A stretch of DNA of 47,626 bases from an uncultured Oscillospiraceae bacterium. GTDB taxonomy: Bacteria > Bacillota > Clostridia > UBA1212 > SIG427. Positions 24,790-33,647 of the stretch are shown piece by piece. The notes under the pieces were generated by a model. It was not told where the DNA came from. It ran no database searches and saw only the letters and a list, made by a program, of their open reading frames with translations. Each line of letters begins with the position of its first letter. The first letter of the stretch is position 1. Location of the stretch: contig CABQMV010000001.1 of assembly GCA_902465325.1 (NCBI GenBank), positions 1 through 47,626 of the forward strand. The letters run 5' to 3'. Both the position numbers and the translations under genes were made by a program.

Positions 24790-26220
24790 TCATAGCTTCA
24801 CATACTGTATCGCATCCTCAATGGTCTTTTCCAAGGCGCTCCGTCCATATTTATCTACCTCAGCTTTGTTGCGCTCCCCATGGGTCAGGCAGCCGGCTCC
24901 TCCGATACAGCCTCCGCTGCAGGCCATGCCTTCTATAAAATTGGCGTTTGCCGCCCCTTTCGATGCTTTTAACAGCGCCATACGGCAAGCCTCAATCCCA
25001 TCACAGGAGAGAGGATTCAGCACAAATTTGTCCTCTAAGCCCTGTTCCTTCAGCGCCTCCCTGACCGCATCCGCCAGGCCGCCGCAGCGGGCAAAAATTC
25101 TTCCATAATAGGACGCATTGTCCATAGAGCTCTCCGGCAGTGAGGAAAGCGCAATGTCCCGGCTGTCTATTAAGGCCTGCAGCTCTTCAAAGGTAATCGC
25201 ACTGTCCACACAGTCTGCCACCTCCGGCTTGCGGACTTCTGCCTTTTTAGCCGTGCAGGGCCCAATAAATACAATTTTGCATGTAGGATCCGTCTCTTTT
25301 ATGTATTTTGCAATGGTGGCCATAGGAGAGAGATTATGGGAAATATTCGCTGCCAGCTCCGGGAACTGCTTCTGAATATAGGTTACAAAGGCAGGACAGC
25401 AGGAGCTGGTCAGGAACCCTTTCTCCGCCAGTTCCGCAGCTTCTGCATACGCTACCATATCCGCTCCCAGCGCCGCCTCTACTACGCTGTGAAAGCCCAG
25501 CTGTTTAATGGCCGTGATAACCTGGCCCAGCTTAGCATAAGTAAACTGACTGGATATAGAAGGCGCCACAACAGCATATACCTTGTATTCCTGTCTGTTC
25601 TGGCTTTTTTTCAAAAAATCAATGACTTCCAGTATATAAGACTTGTCGGTAATGGCCCCAAACGGACACTGGTATACACAGGCACCGCAGGCAATACACT
25701 TAGAATCGTCAATACAGGCGGCCTTTTCCTCCGTCATAGAAATCGCCTTTACCTTACAGGCCTGCTGACAGGGACGTTTGAAATTCATAATGGCACTGTA
25801 GGGACACACCTTAGCACAGGCACCGCATTCCACACATTTATCCTTATTAATAATCGCCTTCTGATGCTGGTCAAAGGTAATGGCCCCCTTCTTGCAGACA
25901 TCCTCGCAGCGGTGCGCAATACAACCCCTGCATGCCTCCATAACCGTATATCCTCCCACAGGGCACTCATCGCAGGCAATATCAATAACCTCAATCACAT
26001 TGGGATTGTCTTTATTTCCGCCGGTTGCCATTTTAATCCGCTCCGCAACAATCGCCCGTTCCTTATAGATACAGCAGCGCATAGTGGCCGTCTTGCCCGG
26101 TACAATAATTTTGGGGATATCGCTGTAGCACTCCATCAGCCTGTCTTCAAATGCATGACGGGCCACCTCACGAAGCACTTTATATTTTAAATGTTGTACC
26201 TTTGTATCAAACTTTCTCAT
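24790..26220 (-). CDS. [FeFe] hydrogenase, catalytic type, with N-terminal multi-[4Fe-4S] region
   Basis: H-cluster motifs TSSCCPAF, IGPCTAKKAE and EGMACSGGCIGGAG. Ferredoxin-like CxxCxxCxxxCP motifs. Confidence 0.85.
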   Translation of the reverse strand: MRKFDTKVQHLKYKVLREVARHAFEDRLMECYSDIPKIIVPGKTATMRCCIYKERAIVAERIKMATGGNKDNPNVIEVIDIACDECPVGGYTVMEACRGCIAHRCEDVCKKGAITFDQHQKAIINKDKCVECGACAKVCPYSAIMNFKRPCQQACKVKAISMTEEKAACIDDSKCIACGACVYQCPFGAITDKSYILEVIDFLKKSQNRQEYKVYAVVAPSISSQFTYAKLGQVITAIKQLGFHSVVEAALGADMVAYAEAAELAEKGFLTSSCCPAFVTYIQKQFPELAANISHNLSPMATIAKYIKETDPTCKIVFIGPCTAKKAEVRKPEVADCVDSAITFEELQALIDSRDIALSSLPESSMDNASYYGRIFARCGGLADAVREALKEQGLEDKFVLNPLSCDGIEACRMALLKASKGAANANFIEGMACSGGCIGGAGCLTHGERNKAEVDKYGRSALEKTIEDAIQYVKL

Positions 26221-26238
26221 CTCTATCTCCTCAGATTC

Positions 26239-27417
26239 CTAAAAATAACTTACCTTTACCCGCTTTCCCATGGTGGTCAGGGCCTGAGAAAGCTCCTCTA
26301 CAATTCTCATCTTTATATTAAAATTAATGGGCAGCTTCGGATTCTGGTGGGCAGGATTCACAGCCCTTCCTACATAAAAATTGATATCGGTAGCATTTTC
26401 AAAAAGCATTAGCGATATCTTTGAAGCGCCGTCCTCAGAATACGTCCATTCCGGGCAAATGTCAATGTCATTCCCATCCAGATACGCCTTTGCGTACTCC
26501 AGCACCTTGCTCATGGTAACCACACCCTCTGTCACCAGGTCTACCCCCTCAATTTTGGCAATAGGAGGAATCTCAGAATCCATATAGGCCAGCTCTACCT
26601 CTACCGGCTTCCCCAAATAATCTGCGGCCAGCTGAGAAGTAGTCCCTCCGCATACAATATGGCCCCCCTCTTTTGAAAAAAACAGAGACATCATTTTCCC
26701 CACATCCCCAGGATCCGCGGGCGGTCCAAAAAGAACATTGACCGGACTTCTCTTCCGGATTTTCACGGTACATACAGTCGTATCGTCGCCGGGCCTGCCG
26801 TCATACAGACGGTTGCACTCATCCAAAAGCAGTAAATTTAAGCCCTTCGCCGTAATATCCGGGCGGTATACATTCTCCAGAAAGCTGACCACATTTTCCC
26901 TTTGCCAGCCATAATTCAGTGTCCGCTCTACCCCCGCGTGAATGACCCCGTCGCTCATAAGTACAAAAACATCGCCGTCCTGTACAGAAATCCGGGAACG
27001 GCTGATGGTCTTCCCGTCAATTTTCATAGAGGCCCCGGAATAATCCAGCTCCTTTCCGTCCCGTAAAAGAATCGTCCGGGGATTGTCATACTGGATGATC
27101 TCGGCCTCCCGGTTGTCCTCTATCCGCAGAATGGTAAAGGTGGAATAGGCAACCCCTCTGACCTTGCATACTGGCAGAGTAGCCGCTATCGTAGAAACAC
27201 ATTCCTCAATGCTCATTGCATTGGCCATCATTGTAGAAATAATCTTAGAGGTCAGCGTAGAAAGAATATTGGCTTTCACTCCGCTGCCCAAACCGTCCGC
27301 CAGTACAACGACCGTTGTATCCTCGTCCGGCGTCACAACCTCCAGCATATCGCCGCAAAGCTGCTCGCCATATTTAAGTAAGCTCTGATAGCCAATATCG
27401 GCGCATAAATTATTCAT
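26239..27417 (-). CDS. PP2C/SpoIIE-family serine phosphatase with an uncharacterised C-terminal domain
   Basis: GEQLCGD, VVVLADGLGSGVKA, VLMSDGV. The ~190-aa C-terminal region has no motif I recognise. Overlaps the upstream gene by 8 nt. Confidence 0.85.
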   Translation of the reverse strand: MNNLCADIGYQSLLKYGEQLCGDMLEVVTPDEDTTVVVLADGLGSGVKANILSTLTSKIISTMMANAMSIEECVSTIAATLPVCKVRGVAYSTFTILRIEDNREAEIIQYDNPRTILLRDGKELDYSGASMKIDGKTISRSRISVQDGDVFVLMSDGVIHAGVERTLNYGWQRENVVSFLENVYRPDITAKGLNLLLLDECNRLYDGRPGDDTTVCTVKIRKRSPVNVLFGPPADPGDVGKMMSLFFSKEGGHIVCGGTTSQLAADYLGKPVEVELAYMDSEIPPIAKIEGVDLVTEGVVTMSKVLEYAKAYLDGNDIDICPEWTYSEDGASKISLMLFENATDINFYVGRAVNPAHQNPKLPINFNIKMRIVEELSQALTTMGKRVKVSYF

Positions 27418-29125
27418 CCTGCAGCGACTCCTTCAGTTTTGTAAGCGCAATTTTGGTTTCCGCCGTCGTTTCTCCCAACAGAGAGGCAATTTCCTGTACC
27501 ACCCGCATCTGTTTTTCAATAACCTTGTCCGTTATCTCAATGGTATTACGCCCCATTTCTTCTTTTTTGGCCCGCTCCTTTTCCTCTGCCGTTACATCCC
27601 GCATAATTCCCATAAGGATATGATAGCTTCTGTCATAGATCACCGACAGCTCTATAAAGCGCCCATATTCCGCAAGGTATACCTTTTTATCGTGTACGTT
27701 GATGCCGCTCTGCAGTACTTCAAGAAAAATCTGAGGATCCATGATCCTTACAACCTGATCGCCCAACACATCCGAGGCGTTTTTTATATTCATAATCCGC
27801 CGGGCAGCGCCGTTAATCTGCTGTACCTCCAGGGCCTCGTTCAACACCAGAATTCCGTTTGGTGTATTTTTAATAATATGATCGGAAAAAGATTCCGCCT
27901 TCTCTTTGAGAAACGGCAGACACATGGACAAATCCGCTTTCCCCTGAAAGACGGCAACCGCTTTTTCCCGACAGGTATTGTATCCGCAGCTGCCGCAGTT
28001 CAGCTCCATCTCCGGTGTTAATTTTCCCATCTGATGCAGGATTTCCTCAATGGCTGCGCTGCCCGGCATCTGTCTGTGCAGACCAATAAAGCCTATCGTT
28101 TTCTGCAATTCAGCTCCCGTACAGTCAGGCACCTTAAAATCTTTCTGACCGGCGTAGTCATCCACCGCCATAAAGTCCATAAGGGTCGCCCGATTTTTTT
28201 TGTCCATAACCGGTCCGCCAATACAGCTGCCGCTGCAGGCAGACATCTCCAGGAAACAGTTTCCCCGGAGCTTTCCGCTTATAATATCCTCCAGTGCCCG
28301 TATACAATTATCCGTACCGTCTATAGCTATGTACTTGTATTCACTGACCGGCTTATCCATGGTCCGGAGAATACCGCCCGCCGTAGGAAACAGCCTGGCT
28401 CTGCCCTCGGCAGCCTCCCTGCCGGATTGGTTCTCCAAAGCGCCGTGGTTTTCACTCTCCGGCAAAAGTGCCGCCTCCTGCATCCACTCCGACAGCTCCT
28501 CAAACGTCAATACACAGTCAACACTTCCGGGATAAGCCTCCGCCTCTGCTTTTTTAGAAATGCAGGGACCAATAAATACCGTTTTTGCCCCCGGATGCTG
28601 TTTTCTTATGAAAGAACAGTGGGCCTGCATAGGAGACAGTACCGGCGCCACATAGGGCAGCGCCTCCGGAAAGTGCTTCTGAATCAGCAGATTGACAGAA
28701 TGGCAGCAGGTGGAAATAATAATCCGCTTTTCCCCTGCGGCCACCATCTCCTCGTACCGCTTTTTAACAATAGTAGCCCCTAACGCCGTTTCCTCTGCGT
28801 CTGCAAAGCCGAGCTTTTGCAAAATCTCCCGCATAGAAGAAATCGTAGCCCCCGGGTAATTGGCCACAAAGGAAGGCGCAAGGCTTACATATACGTTCCC
28901 CGGATTGCTCTGCAGCAGCGCCCGGGCTGCTTCCAGATCGTGCCGGACCTCCTTGGCGTTCTGCGGACAGACAACAAAGCACTGCCCGCAGAGAATACAT
29001 TCATCTTCAACAATGTGCGCCTGATTATCACTGAATTTAATAGACTTGACAGGGCAATGCCTTATACATTTATAACAGTTTTTACAGTTGGACTTCTTCA
29101 GATTCAATACGCCGGACATGGCCAC
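27410..29125 (-). CDS. sensory-type [FeFe] hydrogenase-like protein with C-terminal PAS domain (HydS-like)
   Basis: N-terminal 2x[4Fe-4S] motifs. Divergent H-domain motifs STCCHS, IGPCISKKAE and EMSACSGSCIGGP. An extra Cys motif CGSCGYNTC...C. PAS-like NGILVLNEALEVQQINGAARRIM. Confidence 0.85.
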   Translation of the reverse strand: MAMSGVLNLKKSNCKNCYKCIRHCPVKSIKFSDNQAHIVEDECILCGQCFVVCPQNAKEVRHDLEAARALLQSNPGNVYVSLAPSFVANYPGATISSMREILQKLGFADAEETALGATIVKKRYEEMVAAGEKRIIISTCCHSVNLLIQKHFPEALPYVAPVLSPMQAHCSFIRKQHPGAKTVFIGPCISKKAEAEAYPGSVDCVLTFEELSEWMQEAALLPESENHGALENQSGREAAEGRARLFPTAGGILRTMDKPVSEYKYIAIDGTDNCIRALEDIISGKLRGNCFLEMSACSGSCIGGPVMDKKNRATLMDFMAVDDYAGQKDFKVPDCTGAELQKTIGFIGLHRQMPGSAAIEEILHQMGKLTPEMELNCGSCGYNTCREKAVAVFQGKADLSMCLPFLKEKAESFSDHIIKNTPNGILVLNEALEVQQINGAARRIMNIKNASDVLGDQVVRIMDPQIFLEVLQSGINVHDKKVYLAEYGRFIELSVIYDRSYHILMGIMRDVTAEEKERAKKEEMGRNTIEITDKVIEKQMRVVQEIASLLGETTAETKIALTKLKESLQDE

Positions 29126-29217
29126 GGCCTCCTTGCATTTATAATCACCTTTATTATAATGGAACAGAGGGAGGACGGCAAGCCTCGGAACCTCTGCCTG
29201 TCTTCCTCCCTCCTGTT

Positions 29218-29469
29218 TTATATTGCCAAAATATACATGTTGAATATATCCTGGAAGTTTGTCTCATTCACGCCGCTTATCACTTCATCATCCACGCGGA
29301 TGCTGACACCATCTTCACATTTTCCCAGGCAAAAGGCTGCCTTCAGGACGACCTGGTCCTCCAGACCGTTATCGGCTATGGCCTGGCGCAGCAGTTCCAT
29401 AATCTGGTAAGAACCTTTAATATGGCATGAGCTTCCTACGCACACATAAACTGTTTTACACCGGGACAT
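29218..29469 (-). CDS. thioredoxin-like [2Fe-2S] ferredoxin (NuoE/HydC-like)
   Basis: 83 aa. VCVGSSCHIKGS ... AFCLGKCEDG supplies four Cys. Confidence 0.8.
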   Translation of the reverse strand: MSRCKTVYVCVGSSCHIKGSYQIMELLRQAIADNGLEDQVVLKAAFCLGKCEDGVSIRVDDEVISGVNETNFQDIFNMYILAI

Positions 29470-29470
29470 A

Positions 29471-30652
29471 TTAAAAATCTACATCTGTCCCATAATAGAT
29501 ACAGGTAAACAGCTTCTCCATTTCCTTAGGCGTAATCGCTCTGGGATTGGATCCCGTGCAGGCATCTCCCACGGCATTTTCAGAAATAGAGGGAAGCTTT
29601 TCCTTGAATTCATTCTCCTGAATACCAAATTCCTTCAGCGTCTTAGGAATGCTCAGATTTTTATTGAATTCATTAATTTTTTCGCAGAGCTTCTGCATCA
29701 ATTCTCTGTCGCTGCTTCCGGCTATCCCCACAAATCTGGCAATCTCTGCATACCGTTTCAATGCGGCAGGCTCCTTTGCGTTGTATTGAATAACATAGGG
29801 CAGATAGATGGCATTTGCACAGCCATGAGGAATATGTCCTGTAGAGAACGCCGCACCTGTCTTATGCGCCATAGAATGAACAATCCCAAGCAGCGCGTTG
29901 GAGAATGCCATTCCGGCCAGACACTGGGCATAGTGCATCTGTTCTCTGGCCGCCATATCTCCCTCAAAAGAGCTGGGAAGATACTGGAATACCATCTGAA
30001 TTGCTCTTAATGCCAGGGGATCCGTGAAAGGTCCGTTCAAAGTGGAAACATACGCCTCTATGGCGTGGGTAAGCGCGTCCATTCCTGTGTGGGCTACCAG
30101 TTTGGGAGGCATGGTCTCTGCCAGAGCAGGATCCACAATAGCCACATCAGGCGTTATATTGAAGTCAGCCAAGGGATATTTAATTCCTTTAGCGTAGTCG
30201 GTTATAACAGAGAATGCCGTTACCTCCGTAGCCGTACCGGACGTAGAAGGAATAGCCAGGAATTTAGCTTTCTGTCTGAGCTCAGGGAAATTAAAAGGCG
30301 TAATCAAATCCTCAAAAGTAATATCCGGGTATTCATAGAACGCCCACATAGCCTTTGCCGCATCAATAGGGGAGCCGCCGCCCATGGATATAATCCAGTC
30401 CGGCTGGAAAGCGCGCATCGCCTCGGCACCTTTCATAACAGTTTCAACGGAAGGATCAGGCTCAACATTTTCAAAAAGAGAAACCTCTAAGCCGGCTTCT
30501 TTCAGATAAGCAACGGCTTTATCCAAAAAACCGAAGCGCTTCATAGAGCCGCCGCCAACCACAATAATTGCCTTCTTCCCCTTTATCGTCTTAAGGGTTT
30601 CCAAAGAATCTTTGCCAAAGTAAATATCTCTTGGTAATGTAAATCTGGCCAT
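29471..30652 (-). CDS. iron-containing alcohol dehydrogenase
   Basis: GGGSPIDAAK and His-rich metal motifs (HTGMDALTHAIE, HSMAH...H). Confidence 0.9.
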   Translation of the reverse strand: MARFTLPRDIYFGKDSLETLKTIKGKKAIIVVGGGSMKRFGFLDKAVAYLKEAGLEVSLFENVEPDPSVETVMKGAEAMRAFQPDWIISMGGGSPIDAAKAMWAFYEYPDITFEDLITPFNFPELRQKAKFLAIPSTSGTATEVTAFSVITDYAKGIKYPLADFNITPDVAIVDPALAETMPPKLVAHTGMDALTHAIEAYVSTLNGPFTDPLALRAIQMVFQYLPSSFEGDMAAREQMHYAQCLAGMAFSNALLGIVHSMAHKTGAAFSTGHIPHGCANAIYLPYVIQYNAKEPAALKRYAEIARFVGIAGSSDRELMQKLCEKINEFNKNLSIPKTLKEFGIQENEFKEKLPSISENAVGDACTGSNPRAITPKEMEKLFTCIYYGTDVDF

Positions 30653-30705
30653 ACTAAAATACCTCCATCTGTGTTTTTGCTTTGGGTTATTATCCCCCTC
30701 TGCTT

Positions 30706-30723
30706 TTGTTATTATTTTAACAA
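30706..30723. promoter_or_regulatory. Rex (redox-sensing repressor) operator candidate
   Basis: TTGTTATTATTTTAACAA matches the Clostridial Rex consensus TTGTTAA-N4-TTAACAA at 13 of 14 specified positions. Lies 54 nt upstream of the adh start. Confidence 0.6.
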
Positions 30724-30845
30724 GGCGGTTCTCTGTTGTAAAATATATAAAAGATATAGGGATATATATAAAAATATATATCTCTGTCTGAAATACGCTT
30801 AGAAAACAACCGGTGAAATCCCCCGGAAAAGCAGTCTGTCAAAAT

Positions 30846-31151
30846 CTAGCAATCCCATTGATGCTGTTTCAGGTCAACATGCGTTTCATTTTTCAGCAAA
30901 ACACCCTCAAGGCTCAGCAGGCTTCCCTGTTCCCGCCAGCCGGGCACCAGCCGTCCCGCATGGTTTACCACCCGATGACAGGGATAGTCGCCATAATACT
31001 GTGCCATACTTAAAACCTTTCCTACCAGCCTAGCATTTTTGTCTCTCCCAATCAGTCTTGCAAGCTGCCCATAGGTAGCTACCTTCCCTTCCGGGATTTC
31101 CGCAACCACAGCGAGTATTTCATAAATTAAATCATCCTGTAAAATTTGCAC
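30846..31151 (-). CDS. MGMT-family protein (single DNA-binding/alkyl-acceptor domain)
   Basis: 101 aa. IPEGKVATYGQLA and PCHRVV, with the active-site Cys retained. Confidence 0.8.
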   Translation of the reverse strand: MQILQDDLIYEILAVVAEIPEGKVATYGQLARLIGRDKNARLVGKVLSMAQYYGDYPCHRVVNHAGRLVPGWREQGSLLSLEGVLLKNETHVDLKQHQWDC

Positions 31152-31191
31152 TGTCTATCATCACCGTTTCCAAGCAGCCTGCACAGCTTCC

Positions 31192-32124
31192 TTATGCCTC
31201 TGCCGCCACAAGATCCCGTATCCGCTTTACTTCATTGGTAAAAAGCCGTTCGGGAGAATTCAGCTTATATCCCTTTTTATAAATCAGCACATCCTTATAT
31301 CGGTTGCCCGGACTTTCACAGGTGAGCTGTACCAGATGGTATCTCTGCAATACATCGGAAGGAATGGGAGAAACCCACATAAAGGTGCTGGGCACATTCA
31401 CCAGCAAATCAAATTGACTGCCTCTTTCATATACAAAAATGCGCCTCTTAATATAGGGTCTTTCCTGCAGCTTAATAGCCTCATGTATAGGAATATGAGG
31501 GGTCTCCAGGTCTCCGTGCGCAATTTCTGTATACTGTATAATATCCTCATATTTTAAAGGATTGGCAGAAGCCAGCGGATGCTTTTCTGACATAACTGCC
31601 CTGTATTCAAATTCCCATATCACTTTACTTTCCAGCCCTCTAAAGGCAAGCAGATGCTGAAAATATTTTTCCTGCTCCAGAGGATAGCGGATAAAAGCAA
31701 TGGTGCTTTCATCCTGTAAAATATTGTGGATCGCCTGCATAGAATTGGTTTCTTTATAGTCCAGATCAATTTCCTTTGTTTCATCAAGGAGCTGTACAAA
31801 GGAGGTAAAGGCCTCTGCCATATAGCTGGCCCTAGGAATGGAAACCGACAGCCTTTGCCGTTCTTTGGTACCCGGCATAAAGATGGCCTCCATATGCTCA
31901 ATTTGCGCCAGCACCTTCTTGGCCTGTTTCAAAAATTCCTCGCCTCTGACAGTGGGAACCACCCCTTTTGGTGTTCTTTTAAAAATGACAATGCCCACGC
32001 TGTTCTCCAGCTCCCGTATGGCTTTACTCAAATTAGGTTGCCCCATATACAAATTCTCTGCCGCCTGAGTAATGGAGCCTGTACGTTCTACTTCAACCGC
32101 GTACTTTAAATGCAGTATATTCAT
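31192..32124 (-). CDS. LysR family transcriptional regulator
   Basis: N-terminal HTH LKYAVEVERTGSITQAAENLYMGQPNLSKAIRELE. Its ATG overlaps the stop of the upstream gene (ATGA). Confidence 0.9.
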   Translation of the reverse strand: MNILHLKYAVEVERTGSITQAAENLYMGQPNLSKAIRELENSVGIVIFKRTPKGVVPTVRGEEFLKQAKKVLAQIEHMEAIFMPGTKERQRLSVSIPRASYMAEAFTSFVQLLDETKEIDLDYKETNSMQAIHNILQDESTIAFIRYPLEQEKYFQHLLAFRGLESKVIWEFEYRAVMSEKHPLASANPLKYEDIIQYTEIAHGDLETPHIPIHEAIKLQERPYIKRRIFVYERGSQFDLLVNVPSTFMWVSPIPSDVLQRYHLVQLTCESPGNRYKDVLIYKKGYKLNSPERLFTNEVKRIRDLVAAEA

Positions 32125-33647
32125 AGCTCCGCTCCTTTAATAAGTTCTGCAATCTGTCCCGCACACGCGCGATACGTCCCATAGCTTCCCATAAACGGAT
32201 CCTGGACGTCCTGTCCGTGTCCGTATTCTCCTAAAGTAAACACCTTCCCCGTCAGATCAGAGAAGGCTCGCAGAACCGCTGCCTTATGTCCCTCCGTCAT
32301 AGTCAGAAGCAAGTCTGCCTCATGGGCTCTGTCATAGGTAAGCAGCCGGGTCCGATGGCCGGAGCCATCAATGCCGAATTCCAGTTTAAGCACCTCCTCT
32401 GCCGTTCGGCTCCCTGCAGAACCGTCTGCAGCATAAATACCGGCAGAGGAAACAGACACGGCACAGGCAGAAAGCCCTCCCTGGGCCATACGTGTTTTCA
32501 GCACACTTTTATATATATATTCCGCCATAAAGCTGCGGCATGTATTTCCGGTACACACAAACATTACTTTTTTAACCGGGACCATGGAACAGCCTGCAGC
32601 CCGATAAAGCCTGTTCATAACAGCAAAGCCTATACCGTCCTCCGGCATAGCCTCAACATACGCCTCGGCGATCCCGTCCTCATCCAGCTCTCTGAGCAGG
32701 CGAAACAGCGACGCTGCCTGCGCCTCCTTGTCCTCCCTTCCCCCCAGACACACAAGCCGGCTCCTGTCCCGGAAGTACCCGGCGGATTCTAATGCCACAA
32801 GCGCCCTGGCCGAAACACCCCTTTCCGCTGCATCGTCCAGCGCCCATTGAATCCTTTCGGAAACGGAATGTGGGTCCCCCTGTAAAATGACCGTTTTCGC
32901 TCTGGGCGCATAGTGCTTATATTTAAGTCCCGGCGATCTGGGAGCTTCCTCTGCGGGCTTCCTCTCCTCCCCATGCCATTCCAGCTGCCGTACATCCGGC
33001 AAAACCTTCCTGACCATCTCCAGAGTAATACCCCCTGGCCGTAATATACACGGCGTATCTCCAGTCAGGTCAATGACCGTCGATTCCAGTCCCACCTGGC
33101 AAGGACCACCGTCAATAACAGCATCTACTCTTCCGTCCATATCCTCCATGACATGCCGGGCAAGCGTGGGACTTGGCCGGCCGGAGGCATTGGCGCTGGG
33201 CGCTGCGATCGGCACGCCTGCGGCCTCAATAAAAGCCGCGGCCACAGGATGTTCCGGAAACCGAATTCCCACAGTACTCAGGCCGCAGGATACTTCCCGG
33301 GGTATCTCAGCGCTTTTGGTAACAATCATCGTAAGCGGTCCCGGCCAGAATTCCTCTGCCAGTTTATAAAATCTTTGGCGCTCACGCTCCGTCATTTCCG
33401 AAATAGATGCCACCGTCTCTATGTCAGCAACGTGTACAATAAGAGGGTTGTCCGCAGGCCTTCCCTTTGCCTCGTAAATCGCTCTGACTGCCTTGGGATT
33501 ACGCGCATCGGCCCCCAAACCGTATACAGTTTCTGTTGGGAAGCAAACCAGGCCTCCCCGCCTGATAATCTCTCCGCAGGCAGCAAGGGCATCATTGCTG
33601 CTCTCTGCGCTGTGAAGGTCTTCTATTTTATAATACCTTGTTGTCAA
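32121..33647 (-). CDS. tsaC: threonylcarbamoyl-AMP synthase (TsaC/Sua5, YwlC-like) fused to a low-molecular-weight phosphatase (YwlE-like)
   Basis: N-terminus FPTETVYGLGADA, KGRPADNPLIVH, plus a Sua5 domain. C-terminus VMFVCTGNTCRSFMAE (CX5R-S/T P-loop) and a DP motif. Confidence 0.85.
   Translation of the reverse strand: MTTRYYKIEDLHSAESSNDALAACGEIIRRGGLVCFPTETVYGLGADARNPKAVRAIYEAKGRPADNPLIVHVADIETVASISEMTERERQRFYKLAEEFWPGPLTMIVTKSAEIPREVSCGLSTVGIRFPEHPVAAAFIEAAGVPIAAPSANASGRPSPTLARHVMEDMDGRVDAVIDGGPCQVGLESTVIDLTGDTPCILRPGGITLEMVRKVLPDVRQLEWHGEERKPAEEAPRSPGLKYKHYAPRAKTVILQGDPHSVSERIQWALDDAAERGVSARALVALESAGYFRDRSRLVCLGGREDKEAQAASLFRLLRELDEDGIAEAYVEAMPEDGIGFAVMNRLYRAAGCSMVPVKKVMFVCTGNTCRSFMAEYIYKSVLKTRMAQGGLSACAVSVSSAGIYAADGSAGSRTAEEVLKLEFGIDGSGHRTRLLTYDRAHEADLLLTMTEGHKAAVLRAFSDLTGKVFTLGEYGHGQDVQDPFMGSYGTYRACAGQIAELIKGAEL

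Noticed and set aside
25336-26190. 284-aa plus-strand ORF
   Set aside because: It is antisense to the catalytic hydrogenase gene, whose Fe-S and H-cluster motifs are unambiguous. Long antisense ORFs are common in this codon-biased region.
27620-29410. Plus-strand ORFs of 133, 249, 111 and 197 aa
   Set aside because: All are antisense to the HydS-like and ferredoxin genes, and are Arg/Leu/Pro-rich as is typical of antisense frames.
30735-30800. AT-rich tract with reiterated ATATATAAAA-like units upstream of the adh operon
   Set aside because: It is probably just promoter or curved DNA. The units are too short and irregular to call a repeat element or CRISPR. It is mentioned only as context for the Rex box.
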